DNA from: a virus
Taxonomy: Duplodnaviria > Caudoviricetes
Direction: 5' to 3' (one strand)
IMG/VR virus record: IMGVR_UViG_3300021254_000021
Location: 160,001-224,000 of that record
DNA length: 64,000 nucleotides
Of the stretch, positions 23,402 to 33,628 are shown one piece after another; the first letter of the stretch is position 1; each line of letters starts with the position of its first letter. The notes under the pieces were generated by a model, which was given only the letters and a program-made list of their open reading frames with translations, ran no database searches and was not told where the DNA came from. Made by a program: the position numbers and the translations under genes.

Positions 23402-23737
23402 ATGATGCTTGAGATTCATTCAAACTACTCTACCCAGTTTAATGAATACCTACTCAAGAAGATTAAAGCCGACCTTAAAAAGTCGGCTTTTTTCTTTAAT
23501 TCTGTATTCCTTTTCCACGGTAAAAAGTACACACTGAATCAGTGCATAGAATCTTTGTGTGTAGAAAGAGGGGTAATTAAATTTAATCTTTATTTGCCTA
23601 TTAAGCATTTAGTGTATAATAACCGCCAACTGTTTTGGGTGAATGTGATTAAACGATATAGTGATAACCTAGACAAGCTATATCTACTATGGAAGGGGAA
23701 AATACATAACCGTAAAACGATGAGCCGTAAAGTATGA
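23402..23737 (+). CDS. hypothetical protein
   Basis: ORF coupled to both neighbours. Confidence 0.6.
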   Translation: MMLEIHSNYSTQFNEYLLKKIKADLKKSAFFFNSVFLFHGKKYTLNQCIESLCVERGVIKFNLYLPIKHLVYNNRQLFWVNVIKRYSDNLDKLYLLWKGKIHNRKTMSRKV

Positions 23738-24216
23738 ATAACACTGTCTCTCTACTACCTTCTAATAATGAGTATAACCTTCAATTAACTATGATTGACG
23801 AGGCTATGCGGTTACTAGGCTTTCAGTGTTTACTCATAGACATAAAAGACATAAATATGTATTTGGATGATCGTACATTGGATCATGCCTTTGATTATCG
23901 CATTCTTTTACAGGAATACATAGACAAGAAAATACTAGCTAACTTATCTTGGCAGAATGTGGAAAAGCAACAGCAAGGACAGGTAGCTTTTGCCCCGATA
24001 CAATGGGGAGGCCGCCATTTCTCTGTTGTAGAGAATATGGTAATTAAGTTATTCAATGGAGATCTTTGGCAGATAAAGGAAGTCAATAGAACCTACTTAG
24101 TAGGTCTATGGTATGTTATAAAGATTGTTCCTTATGTCCCAGAGAAGGATCGTCCACGTGAAGAAAAACAAATGAAATCACAATTCTTTGACCCACTTCG
24201 TCAAGAAGTTTTTTAA
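23734..24216 (+). CDS. hypothetical protein, possibly head-completion/neck-like
   Basis: weak resemblance of EYNLQLTMIDEAMRLLG to neck-protein N-termini. Confidence 0.35.
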   Translation: MNNTVSLLPSNNEYNLQLTMIDEAMRLLGFQCLLIDIKDINMYLDDRTLDHAFDYRILLQEYIDKKILANLSWQNVEKQQQGQVAFAPIQWGGRHFSVVENMVIKLFNGDLWQIKEVNRTYLVGLWYVIKIVPYVPEKDRPREEKQMKSQFFDPLRQEVF

Positions 24217-24242
24217 CAATTAAGTAATAGGGAGATTTTATA

Positions 24243-24455
24243 GTGAAAGAGGAAGGAATACAGCTTGAGGGTACAGTAGTAGAGGCTTTCCCAAATGCTA
24301 TGTTTAAGGTAAAATTGGAAAACAATGTAGAGGTCTTAGCTTCTATATGTGGAAAAATTCGCAAGTTCTCTATCCGCATATTGCCACAGGATAAAGTAAT
24401 TGTAGAGCTGTCACCCTATGATTTAACCAGAGGGCGTATCCTTCGTAGATTATAG
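24243..24455 (+). CDS. infA: translation initiation factor IF-1
   Basis: [19 protein letters not shown]...[30 protein letters not shown]. Confidence 0.95.
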   Translation: MKEEGIQLEGTVVEAFPNAMFKVKLENNVEVLASICGKIRKFSIRILPQDKVIVELSPYDLTRGRILRRL

Positions 24456-24470
24456 TCAACTACCAACCGC

Positions 24471-25742
24471 CTAAAGGCGGTTGGCTTGTAACTGACCCGT
24501 AGCTCTTGATCGAGTTTTTGAAGCTCTACTACGTTTTTTACCAACTTTCTTTTCAGAGTGTTGGCTGTCGTTACATCGTGGGGTGATTGACTGCACCCCT
24601 GTTTGAAGAGATATGCTCTCCGAACATTCTGTTTGCTCTTTAATCCAGTTCAGACCAAGATTAAACAGATTCATTGCTCCTATTCTATCGTCATTTGAAC
24701 GATAACCACAATTCTTACAACAGAAACAATGGAGCTTCTTGTCTCTATTTGACTTTTCAATATGCCCACATTTCGGGCAACACTGGCTTGTATAGCGTGG
24801 GTCAGCATTGATTACCAAACAGGAGTTTCGTTGTGCCTTGTATTTCAGCTTTTGTTCAAGGTCATAATACGACCAACTAACTGAAACATAACGGTCTTTT
24901 CTTTTGACCTTTTCCGTTGCACCACGAATCCCTTTCAAGTTTTCAAGCACAAACAAAGTTTTTGAAGGATTACTGGTTATGAGTGCCTTCGATACACAAT
25001 GGTTTACATCGTTCATCCAACGGTTTTCTCGTTGCCCAATCTTCTTCAAACGTCTTCTACTTGATGATGTACCCCGTTTTTGAAGTTCTGTTCTTAATTC
25101 TTTGTACTGCTCCCTTTTATGCTTTACTTTTCCTCCGTTAAAGAATGTTGATTTACCTTTTGAATCATAACTTACTGCTAAGAAATTTATACCACGGTCA
25201 ATGCCAACCACGTTGTAAATTTCAGAAACCTCACAATCCTCAACTTCTGATGTGACTGGGATATGTAGGTAGTATTTACGTTTTGAGCAAACAAGTCTGG
25301 CTGTACCGAACTTGAATCTGTCTTTGTCGAAATACTGTTCCATTCCTTTAATGTCGAATGGAGCTTTAATTCTACCGTCCAAAGTATTTACGCTGAAAAC
25401 GCCCTGAACAAGAGAATAATCCCTATTCCATACAAGGTCTAATTGAGGTTTTCTGAATTTCGGCTGAATCCATTGATGCTCTTCTGCAAGGATTGTCTTG
25501 TATTTGGCTATCACTGTAATAATGGCAGAGCAAGCCATCTGAGATTTTAGACCAAATTTGTCACGCAATTCGTCATAAAGATCATTATGGATCGTTTCTC
25601 GTTTGAGACATTTGTTTTCAAAGCAATAAGCCGCAATTCTGTCACAGGCAATGGAATACTGCACCATTGAACGGTCAAGTATTTTACGAACTGACCGTTC
25701 TGGGTGTATCTGAACCTTAGCTGTGACAACGATTTTCGACAT
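24471..25742 (-). CDS. tnpB: TnpB RNA-guided nuclease
   Basis: RuvC-I VGIDRG, RuvC-II VLENL, zinc finger CPKC...CKNC, RuvC-III NDDRIGA. Confidence 0.95.
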   Translation of the reverse strand: MSKIVVTAKVQIHPERSVRKILDRSMVQYSIACDRIAAYCFENKCLKRETIHNDLYDELRDKFGLKSQMACSAIITVIAKYKTILAEEHQWIQPKFRKPQLDLVWNRDYSLVQGVFSVNTLDGRIKAPFDIKGMEQYFDKDRFKFGTARLVCSKRKYYLHIPVTSEVEDCEVSEIYNVVGIDRGINFLAVSYDSKGKSTFFNGGKVKHKREQYKELRTELQKRGTSSSRRRLKKIGQRENRWMNDVNHCVSKALITSNPSKTLFVLENLKGIRGATEKVKRKDRYVSVSWSYYDLEQKLKYKAQRNSCLVINADPRYTSQCCPKCGHIEKSNRDKKLHCFCCKNCGYRSNDDRIGAMNLFNLGLNWIKEQTECSESISLQTGVQSITPRCNDSQHSEKKVGKKRSRASKTRSRATGQLQANRL

Positions 25743-25836
25743 TATTCTACCTCAAAAAGAAAGCCAAACAAATTGACTTTCATTAGAGTAGATAGTATAA
25801 TCAAATTTGTTGAAAGTCAAGTGTTGAGAGGTAAAG

Positions 25837-26241
25837 ATGATCAAAAGGTACACGCGCAAAAACCGCAGGAAGTTCAGCCTAAAAGTACATCTGATTTTCG
25901 TAACCAAATATAGACGACCTATTTTAGTCGCTGGGTTGGATACTTGTGTTAAGGACAAGATTACTGAACTGTGCTTGAAACATGAGTGGGAGATTGTGGC
26001 TATGGAAACAGATAGAGATCACATTCACTTACTCTTGAATTATGATGCCACTGAGAGGGTTTCAGACATAGTGCATTGCCTGAAACAAGAGACTACATGG
26101 GAATTGTGGCAAAATTTCTATTGTTTTCTGCGTCCTAGATATTGGAAAAAGCACATATTCTGGTCTGATGGATATTTTGCTTGTAGTGTTGGAGAAATTT
26201 CTACCGAAACAGCTAGACATTACATAGAGAATCAAGGGTAG
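25837..26241 (+). CDS. tnpA: IS200 Y1 (HUH) transposase
   Basis: HLIFVTKYRR, DHIHLL, FWSDGYF, YIENQG. Confidence 0.95.
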   Translation: MIKRYTRKNRRKFSLKVHLIFVTKYRRPILVAGLDTCVKDKITELCLKHEWEIVAMETDRDHIHLLLNYDATERVSDIVHCLKQETTWELWQNFYCFLRPRYWKKHIFWSDGYFACSVGEISTETARHYIENQG

Positions 26242-26396
26242 TTTGGTTGCTCGCATTCCTCCCACGGGCTAAAGCCCGTGGGTTTCCTGCTCGCGGTTCT
26301 TATGAAAGAAAAAGAAGTATCCTGATCTCTAATTAAACAAGCAAAACCCCCTTGAATAATCTATTATATAGTAGCCTTTTCAAGGAGGGTTTTATT

Positions 26397-28016
26397 ATGA
26401 GAAAGTTGAAATGTGAAGCAATTAAGGGTGATGCTCAATCTTTACAGCCAATGATTGACGCACTTAAAGAGAATCCATCCAGAATAAAAGAGCCGGGCGC
26501 ACAGCCAATAAACTCTGATATATCAGATGTCGTAATTAACTTTCTGAATGAGTGTTGCTCTTTTGATGGTATCGAATTTCAAAATGCTATGGGTGTATTT
26601 GGCCGTAGCACAACAGGCAGACGTTTATTTGATTCCTTATCCTCTTTGGATATTGTATGGTATTTAAATAATGAGCCTTTAAGTAATAAAGGTTGGCGGG
26701 AAATGATTAACACTAAACTTGCCCAACCAAAACCTCGTTATTTTGAAGTTGAGATGCCTGCTATGCTACGCTTCAACGTTAAAGGCTATACAATTGTCGA
26801 ATATACAGGTACATTTAAAGTTAGTGGTTCACCAAGACAGCCTGATAAAACAATGTATGGGTTGACATTTAAAATTAACATGACTTTAAAATATGCACAG
26901 GCTGATGATTTCTGGACAAAACTAAACCCACCCTCTGATGATTATTATAGTGGGCTTGATATGGATGATGAACAATACACAAAAGAGTATAGCAAGGTTA
27001 CCCATGTTCCATTCACCTCTTTATTCAAAGATGGCAAGGATGTAGATTTATTTAGAAGTGTTAATAAATCATTTAAGGCAGATACATTAGCCTCATTAGT
27101 TCTATTGGCAAATGGGAAATCTTTAATTAACGGCGATAAAGGCGTAAGAGGAGAGGGCAAAAAAACGGATATTTGGTTTAGCCAGACCCACTCTTATACC
27201 AGAGTTGAAGTGGAAGGGTTTGTTGTCTATGATGGTAAAAAAGATGATTGCCCAGAACGTCCAAGACTAATGAATTTAATTAAGGATGAGGTAAACTCAT
27301 TGCCAGAGGCAGACTCATATTTATCTGCTGAATATGATATTCAAGTTTTTGTCTATGATAGTGATGATGATTTATCCTATAAGCAGATGGCAACATTAAA
27401 AATGACAAAGATTAAGAATACTTATTGTGGTACAATTATAAATGAAAAGCAGATGATTCCTGTTTCCAAACCAAAAATGATGGACTTTGAAAGATTGGAA
27501 CGTGACAATACCATAGTCAAAGATATTCAAAAAGACTTTGTAGATGATTTAGAAGTAAAAGATACGCTAGGTGTGGACACAAGAGATCCATTCTTTTCAG
27601 ACCATATTCTTAGCTTCATTCGTTCCTCTAAAGACTCCATTCTTAGTGATGCCACATTAACTCGTGACTTCATTCTCTCTGGTTATTTAGAGGAAACAAG
27701 ATACGATCTTTTCCGTATTAAGACATTGAAGGATATTCCTGTATGGAATGATTTTCTGGATGAATTAGAGAAGTATGATTATAAAGCCTCTACAACAGAG
27801 GAGTTTGTATTTGATCTTAGCTTTAGTGTTATGCTGAAAACATTAAAAGGAAAAGAGGAAATACTGCAATATCACGGCACATTGTCTTTAGAGCTTGAAA
27901 GCCCGATTAGAACACACGTAAGAATCTCTATGAAGTCAAGGAAAACAAATACAGATATTCCGCGTGATTATTTACCAAAACCTTTGGTAAATCGCTATTC
28001 CAACTTAGATTTTTAA
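26397..28016 (+). CDS. large hypothetical protein (leader MRKLKCE-A)
   Basis: ATG 26397 with AGGAGG SD. Confidence 0.7.
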   Translation: MRKLKCEAIKGDAQSLQPMIDALKENPSRIKEPGAQPINSDISDVVINFLNECCSFDGIEFQNAMGVFGRSTTGRRLFDSLSSLDIVWYLNNEPLSNKGWREMINTKLAQPKPRYFEVEMPAMLRFNVKGYTIVEYTGTFKVSGSPRQPDKTMYGLTFKINMTLKYAQADDFWTKLNPPSDDYYSGLDMDDEQYTKEYSKVTHVPFTSLFKDGKDVDLFRSVNKSFKADTLASLVLLANGKSLINGDKGVRGEGKKTDIWFSQTHSYTRVEVEGFVVYDGKKDDCPERPRLMNLIKDEVNSLPEADSYLSAEYDIQVFVYDSDDDLSYKQMATLKMTKIKNTYCGTIINEKQMIPVSKPKMMDFERLERDNTIVKDIQKDFVDDLEVKDTLGVDTRDPFFSDHILSFIRSSKDSILSDATLTRDFILSGYLEETRYDLFRIKTLKDIPVWNDFLDELEKYDYKASTTEEFVFDLSFSVMLKTLKGKEEILQYHGTLSLELESPIRTHVRISMKSRKTNTDIPRDYLPKPLVNRYSNLDF

Positions 28017-28034
28017 TATACAGGAGATATAACA

Positions 28035-29717
28035 ATGCGTATAAGAAAAGAATCGCTATCACAAAAGTTGGATTTATCTGCTTTTGAAAACATATTTACA
28101 GATCCATTAACCTTTAATGTTAAAGACTCCCATTTCTCTGGACAGGAAGTAGTAACCAACCTTATTTCTCATTATGGAGCTTTATCAGGTGGGAACTATT
28201 GTGTATTTGAACAGGGACATTGGGGTCAAGGATCTGTTAGTACAATATCGGATAAATCCCGTCTATCAGAAGGACTTTCCGATCTTTCTGTACAGTCAGC
28301 AATAGAATGTGGGGCTTATTCTTTAATGACATTAGAAGGTGACACACTTGTCAATGGTGATTCCCTTTCATTATCTTTGAGAAAACCCGTAGCCCGCATT
28401 GAGGATGAAATAACAGAGATTACACATACCACACACGCATTCTATGATTTGGAAATGAGTATTTTTACTAAGGACAAAACCAAAGTATTTACTTGTCTTA
28501 ATGAAGTAGAAATATCGCTTAGTGGTGATGATTACAAAGTACAGGTAACTAATAAAAATAAGAAACGTTTAAATCAGGATAAATTAGATCGTTATTCCTC
28601 TTTGGATATGAGGGACGAACCACCTATCCAAAGAGATAAACACCTTCCAGACGATAAACGTTTTGACGATTTAGACATTCCACAGAGAAAGAAAAGAGTG
28701 CCTAAACCTAAAGATGGTTATATGATGAATCCTGCTGATCTTAAAGGTAATGACCCAACCATAGCCAATAGAATTAGAAATTTGGATATGAATAGGTATT
28801 CCCGAAAGAATGAAGAAGAATTAAAACTTATTCAACAGCAAGACATTTCAACAGATACCGTTTTAGGACAGAACCTTGCAAAGACGGCTACGCAGAAATT
28901 AGGGAAACAGAATATTGCTACACAACAGCAAGTCTCCCCTTCTATTCAAAAGCAAGCCGATAAAATGTCCTATGCACAGGCTTATGAATATGTCAATGAT
29001 GTAAATAAGGCTTGGGAAGATGCAGATCCATATAATCAATTTGCCGATACCATAAAACTTGTAGATCAATGGTATAAACAGGATTCAGCAACACTTATAA
29101 ATGATTCTCTAATGGGTGCTTTTAAGTATATAGATGATCTTTATAAAGCCTCTGAATTAGCCCGTAAAATAAGTAAATTAGAGGATGATATATCCAAGAC
29201 AAAATCACGCTCTGAATTAACTAAGTTAAAAAAAGAGCTTGTACAAGTTAGAAAAGAGTTTGATGATACAATGAGTCTTATTACTGCGGGCAGAGGTAAA
29301 ATTTCACAAGGTAAAGAAACATTGGATGCCTCTGCTTCTAAACTTGAAGCGAGTTTAGAAGAATACCTAGATGATTATATGAGCAATAATGCCTTGTGGA
29401 AAACAGTTAAAGGTAAAATGGAAAAGATGGCTAAACAGGTAGAGATGATGGAAGCATTAAAGAATAAGTATGCTTCTAACTTAGATCTACCGCCTCTTTT
29501 GTACAGGTACAAGGATTTAATGGCTACACCTACGCCGTCGATTATAGACATAGAGAGCTTAAAGATAAATGATGTCGATGTGCTTTATAAGGCTTGGTAT
29601 GCTGATATGATGCAGTATCGTAAAACACTTGAGAGTTTTAATGATTCATTCCAAGCTAATTATGATGCTTTAGCCAGAATACTAGGTGTTAAAGCAAAGA
29701 CACGTTCCCTATTCTAA
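28035..29717 (+). CDS. large hypothetical protein with coiled-coil C-terminal half (leader MRIRKE-S)
   Basis: AGGAG SD; helical heptad-like C-terminal region. Confidence 0.7.
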   Translation: MRIRKESLSQKLDLSAFENIFTDPLTFNVKDSHFSGQEVVTNLISHYGALSGGNYCVFEQGHWGQGSVSTISDKSRLSEGLSDLSVQSAIECGAYSLMTLEGDTLVNGDSLSLSLRKPVARIEDEITEITHTTHAFYDLEMSIFTKDKTKVFTCLNEVEISLSGDDYKVQVTNKNKKRLNQDKLDRYSSLDMRDEPPIQRDKHLPDDKRFDDLDIPQRKKRVPKPKDGYMMNPADLKGNDPTIANRIRNLDMNRYSRKNEEELKLIQQQDISTDTVLGQNLAKTATQKLGKQNIATQQQVSPSIQKQADKMSYAQAYEYVNDVNKAWEDADPYNQFADTIKLVDQWYKQDSATLINDSLMGAFKYIDDLYKASELARKISKLEDDISKTKSRSELTKLKKELVQVRKEFDDTMSLITAGRGKISQGKETLDASASKLEASLEEYLDDYMSNNALWKTVKGKMEKMAKQVEMMEALKNKYASNLDLPPLLYRYKDLMATPTPSIIDIESLKINDVDVLYKAWYADMMQYRKTLESFNDSFQANYDALARILGVKAKTRSLF

Positions 29718-29740
29718 AAATTTAATTCCTTTCGGTATAT

Positions 29741-29774
29741 AAAGAGAGGCTTACATAAGTCTCTCTTTTTGTTT
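29741..29774 (+). terminator. intrinsic terminator
   Basis: AAAGAGAGGCTTA...TAAGTCTCTCTTTTT. Confidence 0.65.
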
Positions 29775-29807
29775 TAGAGAGCGCCGTCACATATAATAAA
29801 GGAGACT

Positions 29808-30653
29808 ATGATGGACGAGGAAATTAAAGACACTGTTATTGAAGCAGAAACAGAAATTAAAGAGGATCAAAAAGAAGCACCAAAGGGTGAGGATATTTAT
29901 GTAGAGAATGATCCCCGTGATTTAGAAAGAATGCTAGGTATTGCACCATCTGATATGGATGAGGATGATACAGATGAATCCGAAAATGAAGAATCGAATG
30001 ATGTAAAAGAAAGTGATGGTGATGAAGAAAGTGATGAAGAAAAAGAGGAGATAGAAGATGTAGAGGAAATGGTTGAGGAAACAAAGCCTATCCTACTTTC
30101 CGATTTCATGTATGAGGATAAAGACGCTTTTACTTATCTTAGCCATGATGCAGGATCATACCAAGTACTATCCATTCCAATGGATGATAAGAAAGGTATT
30201 AGACAGGCCGTGAAAAGCTCCGCCTACATTTTCCGTTATCCGAAATTCTTATTAAAAGACAAAGTTTTAGGATTTACACAGACGGCAGAGACTACGGATA
30301 TTCTATACAAAGTCTTTTTCCCAGAATATTCTCTTTCCTTCAAAGTAGATGATAATTACATGAAGTCGTCATACTCTGAATCTTTTAAGGAATATTTTGA
30401 GGATTTAGTTACCCGAACACGTCCAAAAGATATAGTTATTGAGAAATACAAATCCTCAATAACCATTAACTCTTTGAAGGTAATTGAAACAGGTATCTTA
30501 GAGGTTTCTACGGATAAGGGTACAAAGCACCTTCTTTTAAAGAATGCTAACGTATCTTTCCACTGTATATTAGATTATATTAGGGAATTATCAGACCAAG
30601 GAGAGGAAACCTTAACATTGAAGCTCCTACCTGAGTTTTTTGTAGAGATATAA
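29808..30653 (+). CDS. hypothetical protein with very acidic N-terminal third
   Basis: AGGAG SD; D/E-rich tract. Confidence 0.7.
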   Translation: MMDEEIKDTVIEAETEIKEDQKEAPKGEDIYVENDPRDLERMLGIAPSDMDEDDTDESENEESNDVKESDGDEESDEEKEEIEDVEEMVEETKPILLSDFMYEDKDAFTYLSHDAGSYQVLSIPMDDKKGIRQAVKSSAYIFRYPKFLLKDKVLGFTQTAETTDILYKVFFPEYSLSFKVDDNYMKSSYSESFKEYFEDLVTRTRPKDIVIEKYKSSITINSLKVIETGILEVSTDKGTKHLLLKNANVSFHCILDYIRELSDQGEETLTLKLLPEFFVEI

Positions 30654-30739
30654 TCTACTTAGTAGCTAGATTCTTATGTGAAGGGTGTTATAAAATACAC
30701 CCTTTTTCTTTATATTCTCAACAGGAAGGGGAGAGTTTT

Positions 30740-31408
30740 ATGTTAATTGCGGTAGAAGGATTGATAGGTGCATCTAAAAGTACAAACAGTCAGGCTTTAG
30801 TAGAAGCGGGGGTGTGTGATAAATATATACCAGAGCCAGTGCAGGATAACCCGTATCTTGAGGAGTATTACGCCTTCCCAAAAGAAACGTCGTTTAAAAT
30901 GCAAGTTTTTCTTTTAAATGCTCGTTATAAATCCTTTCAAAAAGCACAGTGGGAATCTTTAGGAAATCCAGATATTAAAATAGTTGCGGACAGATCTTTT
31001 TATGGGGACTTTGCTTTTGCTCGTGTGCAAAAAGAGGAAGGTTTAATGTCTGCTTTGGATTTTCAAACATACCAAGACCTTCACCTTACTTATCAAATGT
31101 CCCTTTTATTCCCAGAGTTGATTATTTACCTTAAATTATCACCAGAACAGGCTTTAGAGAGAATAAATAATCGCGGGCGTGGTTGTGAGTCTGGAATATC
31201 TTTATCGTATTTAAAAGACTTAAATGAAGCGTATGAGGATTTAATGAATGAGCTATCCCAAAAGACTAATGTCCTTACAGTGGATGCTTCCCGTTCCAAG
31301 TCGGATGTTTTGCAAGACTGCATACAGACTGTAAACAAGGTATATGCTAAGATTCAGGACAATCGAATGAATGGGAGATTCGCAGGTTACATGGGCTCTT
31401 TTGTGTGA
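30740..31408 (+). CDS. deoxynucleoside kinase
   Basis: IAVEGLIGASKST, EPV, ADRSFYGD, RINNRGRGCE. Confidence 0.9.
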   Translation: MLIAVEGLIGASKSTNSQALVEAGVCDKYIPEPVQDNPYLEEYYAFPKETSFKMQVFLLNARYKSFQKAQWESLGNPDIKIVADRSFYGDFAFARVQKEEGLMSALDFQTYQDLHLTYQMSLLFPELIIYLKLSPEQALERINNRGRGCESGISLSYLKDLNEAYEDLMNELSQKTNVLTVDASRSKSDVLQDCIQTVNKVYAKIQDNRMNGRFAGYMGSFV

Positions 31409-31778
31409 TTGCTTTTTTAAGTAGAAATAATAACACTTTTATGGTATATAGGGTTATAGGGAGTGTGGTATTCCCTATAACCCTTTTCTTTTTGTGCAGG
31501 AGTGTTATGATGTCTAAGGCGGATGATTTAAACAGAGGTATTACGCAATGCCTACGAAACATTGAATGGATGGAAGCTCAACTTTCCTTACTTAGGGTTA
31601 TGAAGTTCACACAAGCTCAACCTTTTCTGGATCAAATAGGATATAATTGGGCACGAGTCAGAGAGATGCTTTCTGAGTTAAATTCTTTGGGTATTCGGTA
31701 TAAGAAGGATAGGACATACTATATATCTAAGCCCGATATAATATCGAAAGTTTGGAATTACACAGAGATGATTCAGAA

Positions 31779-31829
31779 GTCAACTACCCACGGGCTTTAG
31801 CCCGTGGGTTTCCTGCTCACAATTTAGAA
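31779..31829 (-). mobile_element. ~50-bp single-hairpin IS605-derived miniature element (PATE-like)
   Basis: GTCAACTAC (same as IS right end) fused to CCACGGGCTTTAGCCCGTGGGTTTCCTGCTC (near-identical to IS left end); flanked by TTCAT on the minus strand. Confidence 0.8.
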
Positions 31830-33347
31830 ATGAAAGTCAGACTTTTAAAAGCAAGTAATCTTTCCATAGCTTATAATAAACAACCCATTCTCGCCAACAT
31901 TTCTTTTGAGATAGAGGAAGGGGAATGGGTTTTGATACAGGGTTTTAATGGAGAGGGCAAGACTACACTAATTAAAACCCTGTTAAATCTACATCCTTAT
32001 GATGGTAGCATTAAGTTAAAAGGAAAAGAGATAAGAGAATACACTATAAACGAATTACACAGGTTATTCTCTTACTTGCCGCAACGTCTTTCTCATATAC
32101 CAAATATTACCGTTTCCGATTTCTTATCCTTGTATAATGGTGATAAGGATAGAATTGTACGTAGGTTAAACCTAGCACATCTACTGGATTCCTCTTTAAC
32201 GTCGTTATCTTTAGGACAGGTACAGCTTGTTTTGTTTGCACAGGCAGTCTTAGAGGACGCGGAAATTATTATTCTGGATGAGCCTTTTTCATCCATAGAC
32301 AGTGAGAATAAAGAGATTATTTACTCAACCATTAAGGATATGTCTTTAATGGGTAAAACGATTATTCTGGTATCGCATGAGGTGGAACGGAATTATCTAC
32401 CAGACCGTATTATTACGCTTTCAAATAGCAAGTCTTATGACTCCCCCGTTCTGGTAAAACAAAGAGTAAATAAAGAAATTGAGTGTTTACCTAAGTTGAA
32501 TACTAAGCCTATTTTAATAGGTTCATTTATCCTAGTTATAATCTCATGTTTCATTCCATCTAATACACCCATCTTACTAAGAGTTGTATGGTGTACCATT
32601 TCAGGTGGTGTCTTTGCTTTTATTGGGGCAGTTTTACAGCAACTTTATAAAAGAGAGACAGCAACGCCGAACACGTTAGGTATTACATCTTTTAGTATAT
32701 TAGGTGCAGTTTTACCCTCTTTATTAGGCATAGCTTCATTCTTAATAGATTCACTATTCGCTGTAATATGCGGGTTAATCAATGGATTATTTTTAGTCAA
32801 AAGAAATACAGTAACTTATGGTGTGATAGGCGGGCTAGGTATAGTATTATCCTTATTATTCTACGCTACTAATAACCCGTCTTATTTCCATTGGATTATA
32901 GGATCTTTTGACATAGACACCTACTTTTCTCTTTTCCTTTTACCATTCATTCTTTTACCATTACTTGTTATTTATCATTATTCTAATATGATAAATGCTT
33001 TAGGAATAGATGCTGATATTGCCAGAGTGCATGGTATTCATCCTAATAGGATACGTTTACTCGCACTAGGTTTATCCATTATCCCGATAGCGTTGACGGT
33101 ATCACAAACAGGGTTACTCTTTTTTGTAAGCATGGTTATACCTTTAGCTATAACAAACAGGTATGGTATTTCTCTACGTAAGACATTACCCTCTATCTTT
33201 TTATTAGGGTCTTGTTTTACGTTACTCTCAGACATAGTAACACGTATAATAAACCACTTTACAATCTTAGAGACTATAACGTGTGTAACTATGTTTGTTT
33301 TAAGCATTCCTTTACTTATTACATTTTCTTTTCTTAGGGGTAAGTGA
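31830..33347 (+). CDS. ABC ATPase fused to a FecCD/BtuC-type permease
   Basis: Walker A GFNGEGKT, signature LSLGQ, Walker B ILDEP, H-loop VSHE; then multiple TM helices with TPNTLG and EAA-loop-like LGIDADIARVHG. Confidence 0.8.
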   Translation: MKVRLLKASNLSIAYNKQPILANISFEIEEGEWVLIQGFNGEGKTTLIKTLLNLHPYDGSIKLKGKEIREYTINELHRLFSYLPQRLSHIPNITVSDFLSLYNGDKDRIVRRLNLAHLLDSSLTSLSLGQVQLVLFAQAVLEDAEIIILDEPFSSIDSENKEIIYSTIKDMSLMGKTIILVSHEVERNYLPDRIITLSNSKSYDSPVLVKQRVNKEIECLPKLNTKPILIGSFILVIISCFIPSNTPILLRVVWCTISGGVFAFIGAVLQQLYKRETATPNTLGITSFSILGAVLPSLLGIASFLIDSLFAVICGLINGLFLVKRNTVTYGVIGGLGIVLSLLFYATNNPSYFHWIIGSFDIDTYFSLFLLPFILLPLLVIYHYSNMINALGIDADIARVHGIHPNRIRLLALGLSIIPIALTVSQTGLLFFVSMVIPLAITNRYGISLRKTLPSIFLLGSCFTLLSDIVTRIINHFTILETITCVTMFVLSIPLLITFSFLRGK

Positions 33348-33616
33348 TGGCGGGTACAAGGTGTATCTATTGTGGTAGTCCTTCTTTTGGTGTAGGGTGT
33401 ACAAATTCCCCAAATAAGGTACATAAGCATTCTACGGATGCAACACAGTGTATGTATTGTGGTCAATCTGCGTATGGTAGTAGTTGCCGATTTTCCCCTA
33501 ATGGAAAACACGTACACGGACATTGCAAACCAAATGAAATAGGGCGTTGTCGATATTGTGGATCTCCCGCGTATGGTAGTTGTGGAATATCTCCAACGCA
33601 TTACCATGAACACTAA
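33347..33616 (+). CDS. small Cys/His-rich triple-repeat protein
   Basis: three copies of CxYCG...CxxSPxxxHxH. Confidence 0.75.
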   Translation: MAGTRCIYCGSPSFGVGCTNSPNKVHKHSTDATQCMYCGQSAYGSSCRFSPNGKHVHGHCKPNEIGRCRYCGSPAYGSCGISPTHYHEH

Positions 33617-33628
33617 TGAGGAAAGAGA

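Larger units (their letters stand above)
24455..26301 (-). mobile_element. IS200/IS605-family element (divergent tnpA and tnpB)
   Basis: subterminal hairpins CCAACCGCCTAAAGGCGGTTGG (~24463-24484) and CCCACGGGCTAAAGCCCGTGGG (26261-26282); right end ...TAGTTGAC; putative TTCAT target at 26302-26306 on the minus strand. Confidence 0.9.

Noticed and set aside
31752-31829. N-terminal extension of the ABC protein
   Set aside because: It is read-through of the miniature IS-derived element; ATG 31830 gives a normal NBD start
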